DNA of 64,000 nucleotides from Schmidtea polychroa (lineage: Eukaryota), in assembly GCA_044892525.1 (NCBI GenBank), contig CM097885.1, positions 32,862,001-32,926,000 on the forward strand, read 5' to 3'. How positions within the stretch are numbered: the stretch's first letter is position 1; each line of letters opens with the position of its first letter. The notes beneath the pieces were generated by a model. That model was given only the letters and a program-made list of their open reading frames with translations. It was not told where the DNA came from and did not search any database. The position numbers were made by a program, and so were the translations under genes. Shown piece by piece: positions 35,378-49,400 of the stretch.

Positions 35378-38300
35378 CTATGAATCGTCAACAGAAGATA
35401 AACTACGCATTGGGGAAATATCTCTATGGAATAACTGAAAAATATTTGCCGATATTTTCCCGTTTTTAATGTCTTCGTTCAATTTTTCCCATTTCTTTCG
35501 ATTATTTGTGATATTTTCTATCATTTTTTGACCAAATAAGGGATAAAGGTCGGCAAATAACCTAAAAATTAAAAATTAATTTCACATTATAATAACAATT
35601 ATATAACAAATGTACATAATGACCCGTTTTAAAAGGAACACTATTTGTTCTGTAATATTGCGTAATTATTAAGGAAGAGATTGGTCTGATTTAAATGGCG
35701 ATTAATTTCCGTGATATTGACTATCTCTAACTTTTTGATTTATCCCTAAATAAAAGGGAGTAAGTAGTAGAAATTGACGAACAGAAAAAATAAGAAATAG
35801 TTGTATGATCACTGGCGTAGTGATAGGACAAAGGAGGCCGAACCGCCATAGGCGACACTAGGCCTAGAGGCGGCATTTTCGGTTTAAAAAAATAAAATTA
35901 TTTTAAATTAATAATTCACAAAGTGACACCAACCGTCAACTGTGACTAATACTACCGAATAGTACTGGAAATTTTATTGAATTTATGAAACTCGTGGGGA
36001 AATATGATGCATTTTTAAGAGAACACATCACAAAAGTTGCGAATTGAACAAAAACTGTGTCATACCTATCACCTGACACTCAGAACGAATTTATTTCGCT
36101 CCTTGGATGCATCGTCCAATCTGCTGTAATTGATGAGGTCAAAAATGCGAATTATTTTACAATTTTTTTCGATAGCACGCCGGATATTGACCAGATATCT
36201 CAGGTTCTGCGTTATGTCGATATTCATGAAGGAACTGTGGTGATCAAAGAATCGTTTGTAGATTTCCACCCTCTTGATGATAAAACTGTATCAGTGCTAA
36301 CAGAGCAGATAATCGAAAAAACTCAAAAATGATGGACCTTATTTGGAAGATTGTAGAGGTCAAGGATATGAAAATGCTGCGACGATGGCTGCAATTCATA
36401 CTGGGTTTGGAAAGCGTATCTCAGATATCCACCCAAAAGCTGTATTTGTAACTTGTACAAATCATAGTTTAAATTTAGCAGGAGTGCATTGTGCTGAGAA
36501 AGTTGTTAATGCAGTAACATTTTTTGGAATAATTGAAAAACTGTATGTCATTTTTTTCTGAGTATACACATCGCTGGTTCATTCCTATGTCACGTTGGAG
36601 TTCAAAACATGATGCAGTGGAAGCAGTAACTTCAAACACAGAAGGATTTGTTGAATCTGTGGAAGAGCTACGTGACGGCGATTCTGAAACTGAAGAAACA
36701 AAAGGTGATGACCCGGGTATTGACGAAGCAATTGATACTTTGTGTGAAGTATATGACGAAATTATTTCACGAGAGCTTAAAAATGAGGTTCAATCTCTTC
36801 GTAGACGTCTGAGCAGTTATGAAGAAATAAAATCAATGGAAGTGAACAACTGGGGAGGTATCAAACTACTTCAGTGGATTGTCAAATAGGGATACACTGA
36901 ATATTTGTCCAACTTATCCATTGTACTCCGAATTTTTTAACAATGTGGATAAGCGTTACTAGCTGCGAAAGAAGTTTTCCTAAACAAAAACTGATCAAAA
37001 CCTATCTAAGAACTACAATGGGTGAATCACGACTTTCCAATTTAGCAATTCTTTCAATTGAACGGGAGTTGTCCAAAAAGATTGACTTCGATACAGTTAT
37101 TACAGATTTTGCAGTATTGAAAACAAAAAAGTGAAATTTTAAATTTTGATGTTGATAAGTCGAAAACTTGACTGTTGATATGATGTTAAATTAATAAATA
37201 ATATTGGTTAAGACTTTTTAATTTGTTACTAGTCTGCTCCCTATTTGTCTCAAAGTACTAGTTTCAGACTAAGTTAAAGACTAATTTAAAGTAGTCTAAA
37301 GGATAACATTCACCTTTTTTAGGTATTTTTTTATTAAATACAGATTTAAATAAAATTGCATTAATTGGTACAATTTGTATAGTGCCTATTGTGCAGTAAC
37401 CAGATAAAAATGGACAATGGCTGCACTTTGCCTCACTACGCCACTGTGTATGATTATAACTAAATATCAGTGAGGCCTACATCTTGTGATGAGGAAGCGT
37501 GTGCTTTATAGTCCCATAGTGATTATACAGATGAAAATAAATCAAATTGCATATAAGGAAACAACTCAGTATAACAAAATAATAAATTAAATGTTATTGA
37601 TTATTATAAATTTACGAGAAAAGAGACATACTTTTAAAAAATTATAAGAAAGATCAAGCAAAGTTATAAAACACCATTCACGAATTTATGAACATTGCAT
37701 CAATTTATTTTTTATATTATAAAAACTTGCAGTGTAAATAAAGTTTCAATAATGTTGGAGTTTAATAAGTGAATATAGAAATTATTTTCAGGTACGAGCC
37801 GTAGCCGAAGTAAGCGACCGACTAAGGCGCTAAATTTTTTAGGGATCAAACATTTTTGTAAATTATTTCTTGAATATTGAAAAAAATATTTATTTAATAA
37901 ACATCTCGGATTTAGTGAAAGATTTTGCGAAAATGAAGGAAAGAAAAGTGAATTATAATGATAAAAAGTGGAAAATTATAATGATATCTTTAATTTTTCT
38001 CTTTCACAATGTCACTCCTTTATTAGATTTATTATTATTTATCTATTAAGAAAATGCATAAATTATTATATTTTATAAATGGACAGATTTATTATTTCAC
38101 TCTATAAAAATTTATCATGAAATACCTACAGGCTGAATTAAGAAAAATTTTTTTTAAGAAATTTTTATTAACAAGTGCACCTGAATTGTTTATTAAAACA
38201 ATTTGGTACCCATATTAATTGTCAAGTGAAGAAGCGCTTTAAGGAGAATGTTTCAAAACTAAGAATTATTTTGATTTTTGTATAAAAAAGCTATAAACAG

Positions 38301-40350
38301 ATTTCAACGACACAGGAAAATAAAAGGAAGGAAAAAGAAAACTCACGAGTTAAAGAGTTTTAAATTTAAATTTAACCAAAAATTTGCTAGGAAAATAAAG
38401 ATATAAATGAATTATAATTAAAGTGAACTTGCATTCGGCAGTTGTATCTATACAATATTTACAACAGTTGAAAAAACTTTTAAAGTGCAAATATTAATAA
38501 TTTTATATCTGTCGTTTATTTGTTCAATAAATTTATAAAGTGTGACTTACTGTTTTGATACTCAACAATGCGTGAAGTCAATGTCATTCAATAAAGACAG
38601 TACTGAAATTTTGTGTTGTATAGAAATTTAATTTTTGACCTTTTCTCATAATGAAAATAAATAAAATATCAATAAAAAGGAAAAAGCTTTTACTGATAAA
38701 TAAATTTGTTCCTATTTGTCTAATAAGACATCAAATATTAAGAAAAATTTATATATTATAATTGTGAGGTGTTTTGTAATTTGTATTAAAATAATGGTAT
38801 GATGTTGTGCATGTTTGATTGTATGCTGAAATCCTTACTTATACATTAATTATTATTTTTTAGAAACTCCTCAAACAAATTAACGTTATAATTTGTTTTA
38901 ATAATATTTGTGTTATAATAATAAACGTGTTAATATAGTTTTAGTTATGGATTCTATTAATACCCGTAGCTCTGTAGCTAATATGGCGACCACGATTGCA
39001 AATTTTATCAAACCACCAAAAACATATGACATGGATTCAAACGTAGAAGATTTCATCTTAGAAACGGAACGATTCTTCGAGATGACAAATATTGTCGATG
39101 AATACAGAAGCAAATTCGTCAAAGCTTTTCTATCAATCAATTCAAATATGAGTTGACTAATGAAACTCTGCATTATACAGAAAGATTAAGTAACGCTTTT
39201 GCTAAGAACAGAAGTCTTATCGATGATCTCAACGAAGCGCTAAATTAGTGTCAAGGAAATGAGGCTGCCGAAGAATTCTGCTCAAAAATTGAGAAACTTG
39301 CAAAAAATATTTTGAAGCATAAACTGGAGGAAGAAGAACTAAAGAAGTTTTTGCTATTCAATTCGCTTGAAGATAAAGAAGTTAAAAAATATCTCAAAAT
39401 GCAAGATTTAAAATCATTTGATGAAATGAAAGAAAGATTAAAGAAACACGATCAAATTTCAAAAGAAATTAATGTATTTCATGCTGATGTAGCTTCAATG
39501 AATTAAACACAAGAGCTTACCAAGATATAGTTATGATAACAGATCAATTCGAGAACGAGAAGCTAATCCAAGATTCAAAGATGAATATACAAGAGAACCT
39601 CAACCTAATCCAAGATTCAAAGGCGAACTTACCAGAGAACATCGATATGCTATTTCAAATGGATGGAAATCTATGAATAGAAGTAAGCCTTATAATACCA
39701 GGGAATTTCAATCACGAGATAATGTCCGAGCAAACATAAATCATGGAATTTCGGGAAGGAATTTATGTTGAATTCAACTTTTCAAAAAACTATTAGGAAG
39801 ACTCCAGCTGAAATGGTGTTTGGGAAAAAGATTCATAGTCAATGGTTCTCAGAAATTGTGGAAGAAGAAAAAATCAATCAAACGACAAATCGCGAATTGA
39901 TCAAAGTAAATGTTCGAAATAAAGGTGATAACCGATACATGGGTCCAGGTGTGATTACTAAAAAGATTCATGATCGAAGTTTTTTAATAAAATTGGAAAA
40001 TGGAAGTTCCGTCACGAGAAATATTAAGTGGTTAAAGGTTTTTAAAAAGTGGGGATGTGAGGCGTTTTGTAATTTGTATTAAAATAATGGTATGATGTTG
40101 TGCATGTTTGATTGTATGCTGAAATCCTTACTTATACATTAATTATTATTTTTTAGAAACTCCTCAAACAAATTAACGTTATAATTTGTTTTAATAATAT
40201 TTGTGTTATAATAATAAACGTGTTAATATAGTTTTAGTTATGGATTCTATTAATACCCGTAGCTCTGTGGCTAATAATAATAATTACAAAAAAATTATTA
40301 TTAAAATACTGAATCCCTTATAGGCTAATAACATTTTGTAATTATTTTTG

Positions 40351-40413
<63 letters not shown>

Positions 40414-43400
40414 CAGTAATATATCGATGTTTTTGATATATTACTGGTTTATAATCTTCAAGCTCTTTTTAATTAATAAAAAGATAAAAAATCAGTGGTG
40501 AAATTGGAAAAAAAGTTCATATAATATATCACATAAGTACAAGTAGATAAATGTAGACGTTCTTTATGGCCTATTTAATATTTAATTACATGAATAAATA
40601 AATATTATAAATGTTATTCTTATTCACTCTCTTTTGACAAATTATTCTTTCATTGCATTAATTTTGTATTATAATTCATTTTAATTACATTGTAAATAAA
40701 TCATAAATGAAATTAAATAAAAAAAACTATTAAAAACTTAAATTATAATTAAATGAAATATTAACACTATTAAATGCAAAGATTATACTGATAGATGAGA
40801 CACCCTATTTTATCATTTGAATTTTAATATTATTAATAACAAAAATGTTTATAAGAGAAATAATTTATGTGAATATAAAATAAAGATATAATCATAACAA
40901 TAGATACGGAAATAAATCTCAATTTTTCTTAACTTGGAATTCGGAAATTGAGTTTTAAATTATGAAAACAATAATTGAGGTCTTAAATTTTATGTATTTA
41001 TTGGAGAAAAAAATTTAACATTTCAATTTTTATTCTCATATTAAAGGCCGGAAATTAAATTTCTAAGAAAGAGAAAATCACTTAAATTATACAGTTCATA
41101 ATTTATGCAATTTTAAAAGAAGTGAAATTGGAATGGGAAAATATTGAAAATAAATCTTTAAAAAATTTACTGAAAACATGGCAAAGCTATTCCATCTAGA
41201 AATGACATCTGTAGACTAGGAACACATGCTCTTTCTCTGTCCATCTGTTCTGCGGGCTTTTGACCGATAGATTTCTCCATATCTCCTTGACTGAAAAATT
41301 CTTCATAAATCAATTGTGCAACAGCGCGAGTATTTTTCCAATTTTTCGATTGATCACTGAGATCAGCACTTGTCATCAATAAATCCATTAAAAGAACATG
41401 ATGATGATTTGAGTTTGAATCATAAAAAGTATCAATCATTTTTCTCTGTTCGGAAATTATTCGCAAATGGTGCGCGAGATCTGTGGCCAATATAATGTCT
41501 CTAATCAAATCCAAAACATGATGATAGTCCTATCAAAAATTATGTTGTTTTTATGAAAATTCAATGAATAAAAATAACTTGTCTTGAAAAGTTTTCAAAT
41601 ATATTACATCCTTCACTATTCAAAACGCATATTGTCTGTGAAAAATGATGTCGCTCCAAAACTGAACCTTCACTACTATAAAGTGCAGCTAGAACTGATT
41701 TTGATGTTACCTTGAATGTTGAATTTAATATGATTGAATAAAATAAAATAATACATAAATAAAAATTTAAAATAATAATTGGGTTGAATCGGACCCTAAT
41801 ATACTAGCAGAATTTGCGAATTCCCAAGAGAAAGTAAATGTGACAATTTATAATATGAAAGGCACAAGTGGGTTACTAATTCACTTTATTTTAAAAAATT
41901 TCAATTATTATAGTAGTTTTAATATTTTGGATTTGGATTTAATAAAATTACTATTGAAATAATTTCAAAAACAAAATACAGAAAAATTTGCTATTTTCCC
42001 CAAAATTTGAAAAGTTTACAGGTTTACTCTCTAATTATTAAAATATATAAATGAATTCAATAAACAAATTTCATCCGAATTCAAATCGAATTTACCTTAA
42101 ATTTTAGAGTATTTAATACAGTGGTGCCCAAATTGTGGCACGCGTTAGCCTTTTTATTGGCACTCTTTAAACTTCCATATTTGTTAAAGTTTTCGAAACA
42201 ATCACCTTAACCTTGAAATCAATAATTATTGTTTATTATTAATCTACAATCGAAAGAGATTAAAAAATAAAAAAGATTAAATATGTGTAAAAAATCAATA
42301 TGGAATTTTTGTCTTTAATACTAAAATGATGTTATACAATATATATTTATTTACTATTGATGTTGAAACCATTCCTGTATTGAGTAATGTTTTGTTTTAT
42401 TATGTTTTGCTATGTTTTGTTTTGAATTTTTTAAATTGGCACTATTTATATTTAAGGAAATGTTTTTTTGGTACTTGTCGAAAATATTGTGGGCATCACT
42501 GAATTAATAATATTTTTTAAGTTTATCATTATCTTGAGAAGTTGGAAATTTTTTTTCTGAATAATATCCTTGATAAATTCAGTGGCATTCATATGCTCAA
42601 AGATGAAATAACTAATGAAAGAAAAAGAAGGAAACCAATGATGAACGATTACATTTTAAAAGTCGATTAAAGACTGTTACGTGCTCATTTCCTATATGGT
42701 GAACATCGTATAATAAAATGTTAATATCCAAGTTAAACAATTTTTATTGTCTATAAATTATTCGTTTGTTCGTTATTACTACAGATAAAAAAGCTCAAGA
42801 TATAACAGGTTTCTTTCTATTTTCATTGGCTTAAAACGTTAGAAAAATTCAAACACATTTTAAATAATTAAAAATGTAATATTAAATTAAATAAATTTTT
42901 TAAATATTAAAAAATAATTTATTTTTCTCTAATAGTTTACGATTTACAGTTTTTACTTTAATCAGCAACTATAATGGGTAAAATGAATCAGTTCAACAAT
43001 TTGCATATTTCTGCAAAAATTCTCTGAAGAAATTTTTTTCAATTTCTCATCTCTTTTTCTCATCTAAAATTTACATATGGTCTATCTGAATATCAATTCT
43101 TTTTCATTTTGTCTGTTATTTCAAAAATAACTTTCTTTTGTAAAGTTTAGTCTGTATTTCCTATTTATCGATAATGAATAGTTTATCACGATTTATTTTC
43201 GTAAATATTTATTGAAAATGTTAAAAAAATATTTTGTAAAATACTCACTGATGACCTTGAGATTCAATGTACCAAAACAGTTTAAAAGGCTGCATAGAAA
43301 GTTTTTGTTAAATATAAAGTAATATATAATAATTAAAAAAAATCTTTTGAAATGTTTATTAGAATGTACTAAAAAGGAAAAGTATAATTTTTTAGCGAAA

Positions 43401-46400
43401 TTAACTTGAGAACTAATGTAGAATAAAAGCGTGATGAGTAGGCATTACTGTTAAATTTATGCCCCTTTAACAGTGTATCAAAACATTAGAGCAATATAAA
43501 TATTCATGTAACGGAGATAACTCATATAATTTTAAAATGATTTTTAGAATTTAAATGAAACTTTTAATAAATTGACAATCAAGAAGCTTTCATTTCAAAA
43601 GCTTTTTTACAAAACCAATTTTACTTTTACATTCCATTCTAAAACTTTAAACTGATTTATTAAAATTATGTCATAAGCTTTGTCCTTAAAAATTTTATAT
43701 TTTTTAATTCAGGTGTTGTTTAAACTACTTAAATAATTATAATGAATTTAAACACTCAAGCACAACAATTATATTCCATTTTCTTTCCTATTTTGTAATT
43801 TTTAATATTGAGTCATAATTCAGAGTCCATTAAATTATATACGGTTTTTTTTCAAAAGTTTAACAATTTAGTGAGGTAATTTTACTTTAAAAGTGACTTA
43901 ATTGAATTATTTTGTTTAAATTTAGTAAATAATAAGTTAATATTATCAATAATTATTTCGATTAAGTAGAAATGTTGTATTAATTTATTCAATTTAAACA
44001 AATATATTTTTTAAAACTGCTATTCTATATTAAATATTAAAAATTAATTTTAAATTAATTTAAATTATTGATTTGAATTTTTCACTGTAAGGATTGAGTT
44101 TCTTGGTACTCTTTTTATCTCATAAAATAATGTAGGTTTCACATTAATTCATTCGAGATTGCATTTTAGCGCTTCTTTTTGAATTAGGATGTGTCCCTAG
44201 TTCGGTAAACTACGTTATAAAATGGGTTAAAAATATTTAATAATATATCATTTATCTAACCAGGCCACTGTGATCTTGATGTGTAATGTGTACAATGACA
44301 AAAACTAATTATGAAAGTGCACTAATAATATTCTCTTTTTAGATTACGCAAATGAGTAGTATAAATAGTGGTTCAATTGTATGTAAGAGTTAAATTTCCT
44401 TAAATATATATTTCTATCATATGCAATGTTCTAATAGTTCTGATAGCGATAATTAGATTATGGAAACTATATGATTTTATATATGACGTGGTATATGATG
44501 TAATACAATGCAACTAAAGAATTTGTACTCCTATGCAAAATATTTTGTAACATAACAAAAAAATGCTTGTTAATTTAAGAGTAATGGCTATTAATAAAAA
44601 TAAATAAATATAGAATATTAATGAACAAAGTATTATTTATTATAAATTTATAAATTATTTTGAACAATTTAAAGGATCACAAAAGTAGTGCTAGTCACAA
44701 AGTAATAAAAATTAATTTCAATATTCATATTCAAAAAGGCTTTCATCGATACAAGGGCAAGGGATACTTTGGTTTGCACCTCTACGCGATCGCGTAACAC
44801 GTGTACCCATACCACTAACGTAACATATAAGTTTGAATAAAGTATAAAAATTTGATTAACATTCATTAAATAAATAAACATAAAATATTCAAATTCGAAT
44901 GAAAATCTTATAACATACTTGAAAAGAATTATTTGTTCCCCTGTGATCGATGTCATGACACAAGGAAGCGACAAATAATGCTAATAATTCAAGGGGTAGC
45001 AACTGTTCATGGAGAGGCAGATTTGTAATGCATAAATAAATAAAATGAGCAACTGAAAAAGCATGAGTCCAGTTGTGATAAGGTGGATCCCGATAACCTC
45101 TTTTGATCATTAATATAAACCTTGATAAAGTTGGACGCGATAATCGCCATTTACTGATGAATCCCAGAGTATTAAACATCCCCAAGATTGTCTGAACAAT
45201 CACAATCAATGATATACAAAAGAATAATTATTATAAAAATATTTTTATAAATATTAAAAACACAAAAAGGTTAACTGTCAATAAAGACTGTATAAACATT
45301 AAAACAAGAAATTTGAAAGTGCATTCAAAATATTTAAAAACAATTTTACTAAATGAACATACTTATAAAAAAATACATGGATAATTGATGACAATATGAA
45401 AAATATTTATTTGATACTCAAAAAAACGAAAGATTATTTTTTTATATAATTAGTTATTTATTATATAAACCGTTTAAATGATTGAAATAAAATTAGAAAA
45501 ATATAAATAAAAACATAATCATCAAAACTTGTATAATCATTTTCTTTATCATTCAAATTCACAAAAATTCTAATTATAAATTTTGAATAAATTATTTAAT
45601 GAAAAAATATTTATTAATTTTCTTTAACTTCATTTCAAATCATTGATATATATTTTTATTTATTTAACACTAATTTTCGGCAATGATTTTAAAAGTTGAA
45701 AATCATTGTGAGAATTAGATAAATTATCGAGACAGAAAATATTATCAGAAAAAGTGTCATGAGGACGTGAGTACGTCTTCACTAACCTCAAATAATATTT
45801 GTTTCTATAAGAGAATTTTGACAGATACAAGATTAATTTAAAATCAAAAGTTCAGTCGACTATGAATTTTTAAAAAAATTTCCCAATTTCCATTTTGGAA
45901 ACTATAATTATTGCCGTGATAATTAGTGATTTTGATTTTATATAATTGAATTTTTCAAAATTTTTTATTTGTATTTTAGTAAAATTATTTTCTGTAAAAT
46001 CATTTAGTTTTTTGTTCACATTTAACCTGTTTTTATTTTGAAAATTTCATTTATTTTCATTACAACTATATATAGTTTTTTTCCTACATAACACAAATTT
46101 TCGGTAATGTTTACTGTCGTAGTTTGCTCCTTTTGATTGGTGAAGGACTTTCTTTGACCTTTTCATTAAAAGAAGCCGCTTTTTGATTATTAAAATATCG
46201 GCAGCTGAGGATATCTTGAAACTGAGTTTCGTCTATCAGGCCATCATTGTTTCTGAATAACGTTTTTGGTTTTACAATCGGTTTGACATGAATAAAATGA
46301 ATCTGCAAGCCTTTGATTGTTGTGAAATAATGTCGAAACTTATTCAATTCTGCCTCACACAGTCGCTATTGATATTTGTGAAGCCAATAATTGATTAAAG

Positions 46401-49400
46401 TAATCTACGTTAAATACATATAGGAAATTTGAATTTGATAAAGAGGTGGAAACAATACGATTTTCCAAACAACTTTTCAAATTAACTAAAGTTGAGTCAG
46501 AAACTTTAATAACAATTTCAATGACACCTGAAGAATTGATGTCTCGATAACCTCACGTTTCTTTCAAGGTTTCATTTGGCATATCGGGTAGAAATAAATC
46601 GCCAACATAATTGGCATTGCACAAAAATGTCATAAGTAGTATTAATAAAGAAATGCAGGCCCAGATTTCCAGATTTTTCTTCGAATTTGAAAAACTCCTT
46701 GAGAAAAAATAATTCCATCGGAATATTCCGTGAACCAATCGTTGATAATATAATTCATAATTAATTAATACAAAAAAAATAGCCAAGTAACTTTAATTTG
46801 TATATTCGCATAAAATTTAATAAACTGATTATACAAACAAAAACTTTTTTTATTATAACACAATTGTTTTCTTTTTATTTACATAAATGTTTTTTATCCA
46901 ATTTTAAGTTTTTGATTAACTCACTACATTTACTCTGTGTCACTTATGAAAAATATTGGTCTTAATAAAAAATTTAGTTTTAAAAATAAATAAATTTTTA
47001 AGACTAAATCTTTTATTAAGACCAATATTTTCCATAAGTGACACAGAGTAAATGTAGTGAGTTAATCAAAAACTTAAAATTGGATAAAAAACATTCAGTA
47101 AAATTAAAATTAAAATCAAAAATTAAAATTAAAATTAAAATTAAAAATTTGTAAGGATGAGCATTGCAGACCATAGTCGACAAAATGTTATGATTTTAAT
47201 TATTTATATTTAATTCAAATTTTTTTTGAAAAATATTTAGTTTATGAAAATTTACAGTCAAATCCCAATATAACTACATATACATTTATGACCACACTAT
47301 TATCAAGACAGTTGAAAAAGTTATTCATCAAACGAAGCTAATAATTAAATATGTATATAAAGTAGCTCAAAATAAGTTTGAATGTACAAAATATTAAATT
47401 TGCAAATCTATAAATTTATAAAATTCCAAAATTAATTAAAAAATTTGAAAAAAATCAAAATGACGTATTCCGCGGGAAATTTGTATGTACAGATAGCTAA
47501 CGTTGAGACGAGCACAGATATACTAATATGAAACCGACGAGGAAAAAATATATTCAATAAATACAAATTAATTAAAAATAAATAAATAATTTATTAGTTA
47601 TGTGAAAAATCCGAACCATATAGAAAACCTGAGCGGTAAACAAGAGGAAAATGAAATTAGGTCTCCTTTCAAGATCAATAAATATGATTAGCTTTGAATT
47701 AGCGAAATGAACCTGTGAACAACGACGAGAGGGCACCTGTTCTATTATTTTGTTTTCCAGAATTTAAGTCGATATCTAATTCAAGCGGGATGAACAACAA
47801 TAAAAGTTAAAACGATACTGTTGGGCATATGCTAGTTGGTCGAACAGATGAAACTATGATATGTTCATTAAAGACTAAAAAGCTTACAAGTGTTAAATAC
47901 AGGGTTATTCTAAAATATATTTAAAATTATCTAACAATATATTTAAATTTATTCAACAATATATTTAAAATTAATCAACATTATATTAAAAGTTATTCCG
48001 CAATGTATTTAAAATATTCCAAAATTTAATTTAAAATTATCCAACAACATATTTAAAATTTTTAAAATAGAAAGGAAATATTTTTATTACCTTTAAAAAA
48101 CACTTTGTTAGCCATATAATTAAAAATCGATATCTAAGAAATAAATTATTTATTTTATAGGATTTAAAAATTATTTTTTTGTATCCATGTTTAGTGACGA
48201 ATACGATTTTTTTGAAAACGATTTAAAGGAAAATTCCGCACCGAATGCCAGAAAAAAGCGAAGCACCATAACTCTTGACATGCTTAAGAGCATAAGAAAA
48301 TATTTAGAGAAGAATATTTCTGTAAAAGAAATCGCTGAAAGCGAGAAAATTACCTTGCAATGTGCATATAATATCATTAAAAAAATTTATGATAATATGA
48401 GTGACGAGGAAATACTTCAAAAGAAAAAAGGACGAAAGAAAGAAAATAAAACTGAAGATAAAAATCAAATATTCCAGTTTTCTAAATATATTGTTGGATA
48501 ATTTTAAATATATTGTTGAATAACCCTGTAAAATTGGTAAGAAGAGAAATATCACTGCGAAATCTGATAAAAGCGGTGTCCCTTAGAGTATCAAACTAGT
48601 AAAGGAGCTATTTCATGAATTCGAAAAAATATTGTTCTACTTTTAGAAAATAACAGAAAAATTAATATTCCTGTTTGTGAGGTGTTTTCAGCTGAGAATT
48701 AAATATTTCAATGATTTATTAAAATAATTTTAAATGATAAATAATTGACTATTTAAAATAATTTTTAAAAACATTTTAAATTGAAATTTTTAAATTTTTA
48801 AATTAAAAAATTAAACAAGCTTTTATTAGTAAAAAATTTTTAAATAAATATATTTTAAATATAGAAATTTTAATAAATGGTTTTTGAAATATTTTATTCA
48901 ACGCTGAAAATTTGTTTGAAAATTATACAATATTTAATTAAATAAATATTTGGAATTATGACTTAAATTTTGAACCGGATTTAAAAAATAATTTAGAAGA
49001 TTAGCAGATTCTAATACTGTTGAAGAATGTAAGGTAAATAATAATTCATTTAAAAATTTTCGTGATTTAGATAAAATGGTATACGGAAAAGAGAAGATGA
49101 TATTTGTGTAAATGGAACAGTACTTAAAATGATTTGAAAAAAAGTGGCTTTAAAAATATCTATTAAAGATTTTTGTGCGTCTAACGGTTGGTTAGATATT
49201 TTTAAATCAAGTCATAAGTTGTTGTTCAAAAACATCTGTGGTGAAATCAAATCGGGTTTAGATGAATTTTACTTTGCAAATTATAAATATGTTTTAGAAT
49301 ATGGGTAACGTAACATATTTAACTGTGATGATACGGCGTTATTTATAAAAGATTTTTCACCTAAATATTTTGTTGAGAAAAGTGACAGTTGTAATGGAGC

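Noticed and set aside
43246..43295. CTGATGA hammerhead-like start
   Set aside because: No properly placed GAAA or stem I.
44750..44825. Short GC-rich palindromic island as a tRNA or structured RNA
   Set aside because: No cloverleaf or A/B boxes recognisable; only a short ACGCGATCGCGT palindrome.
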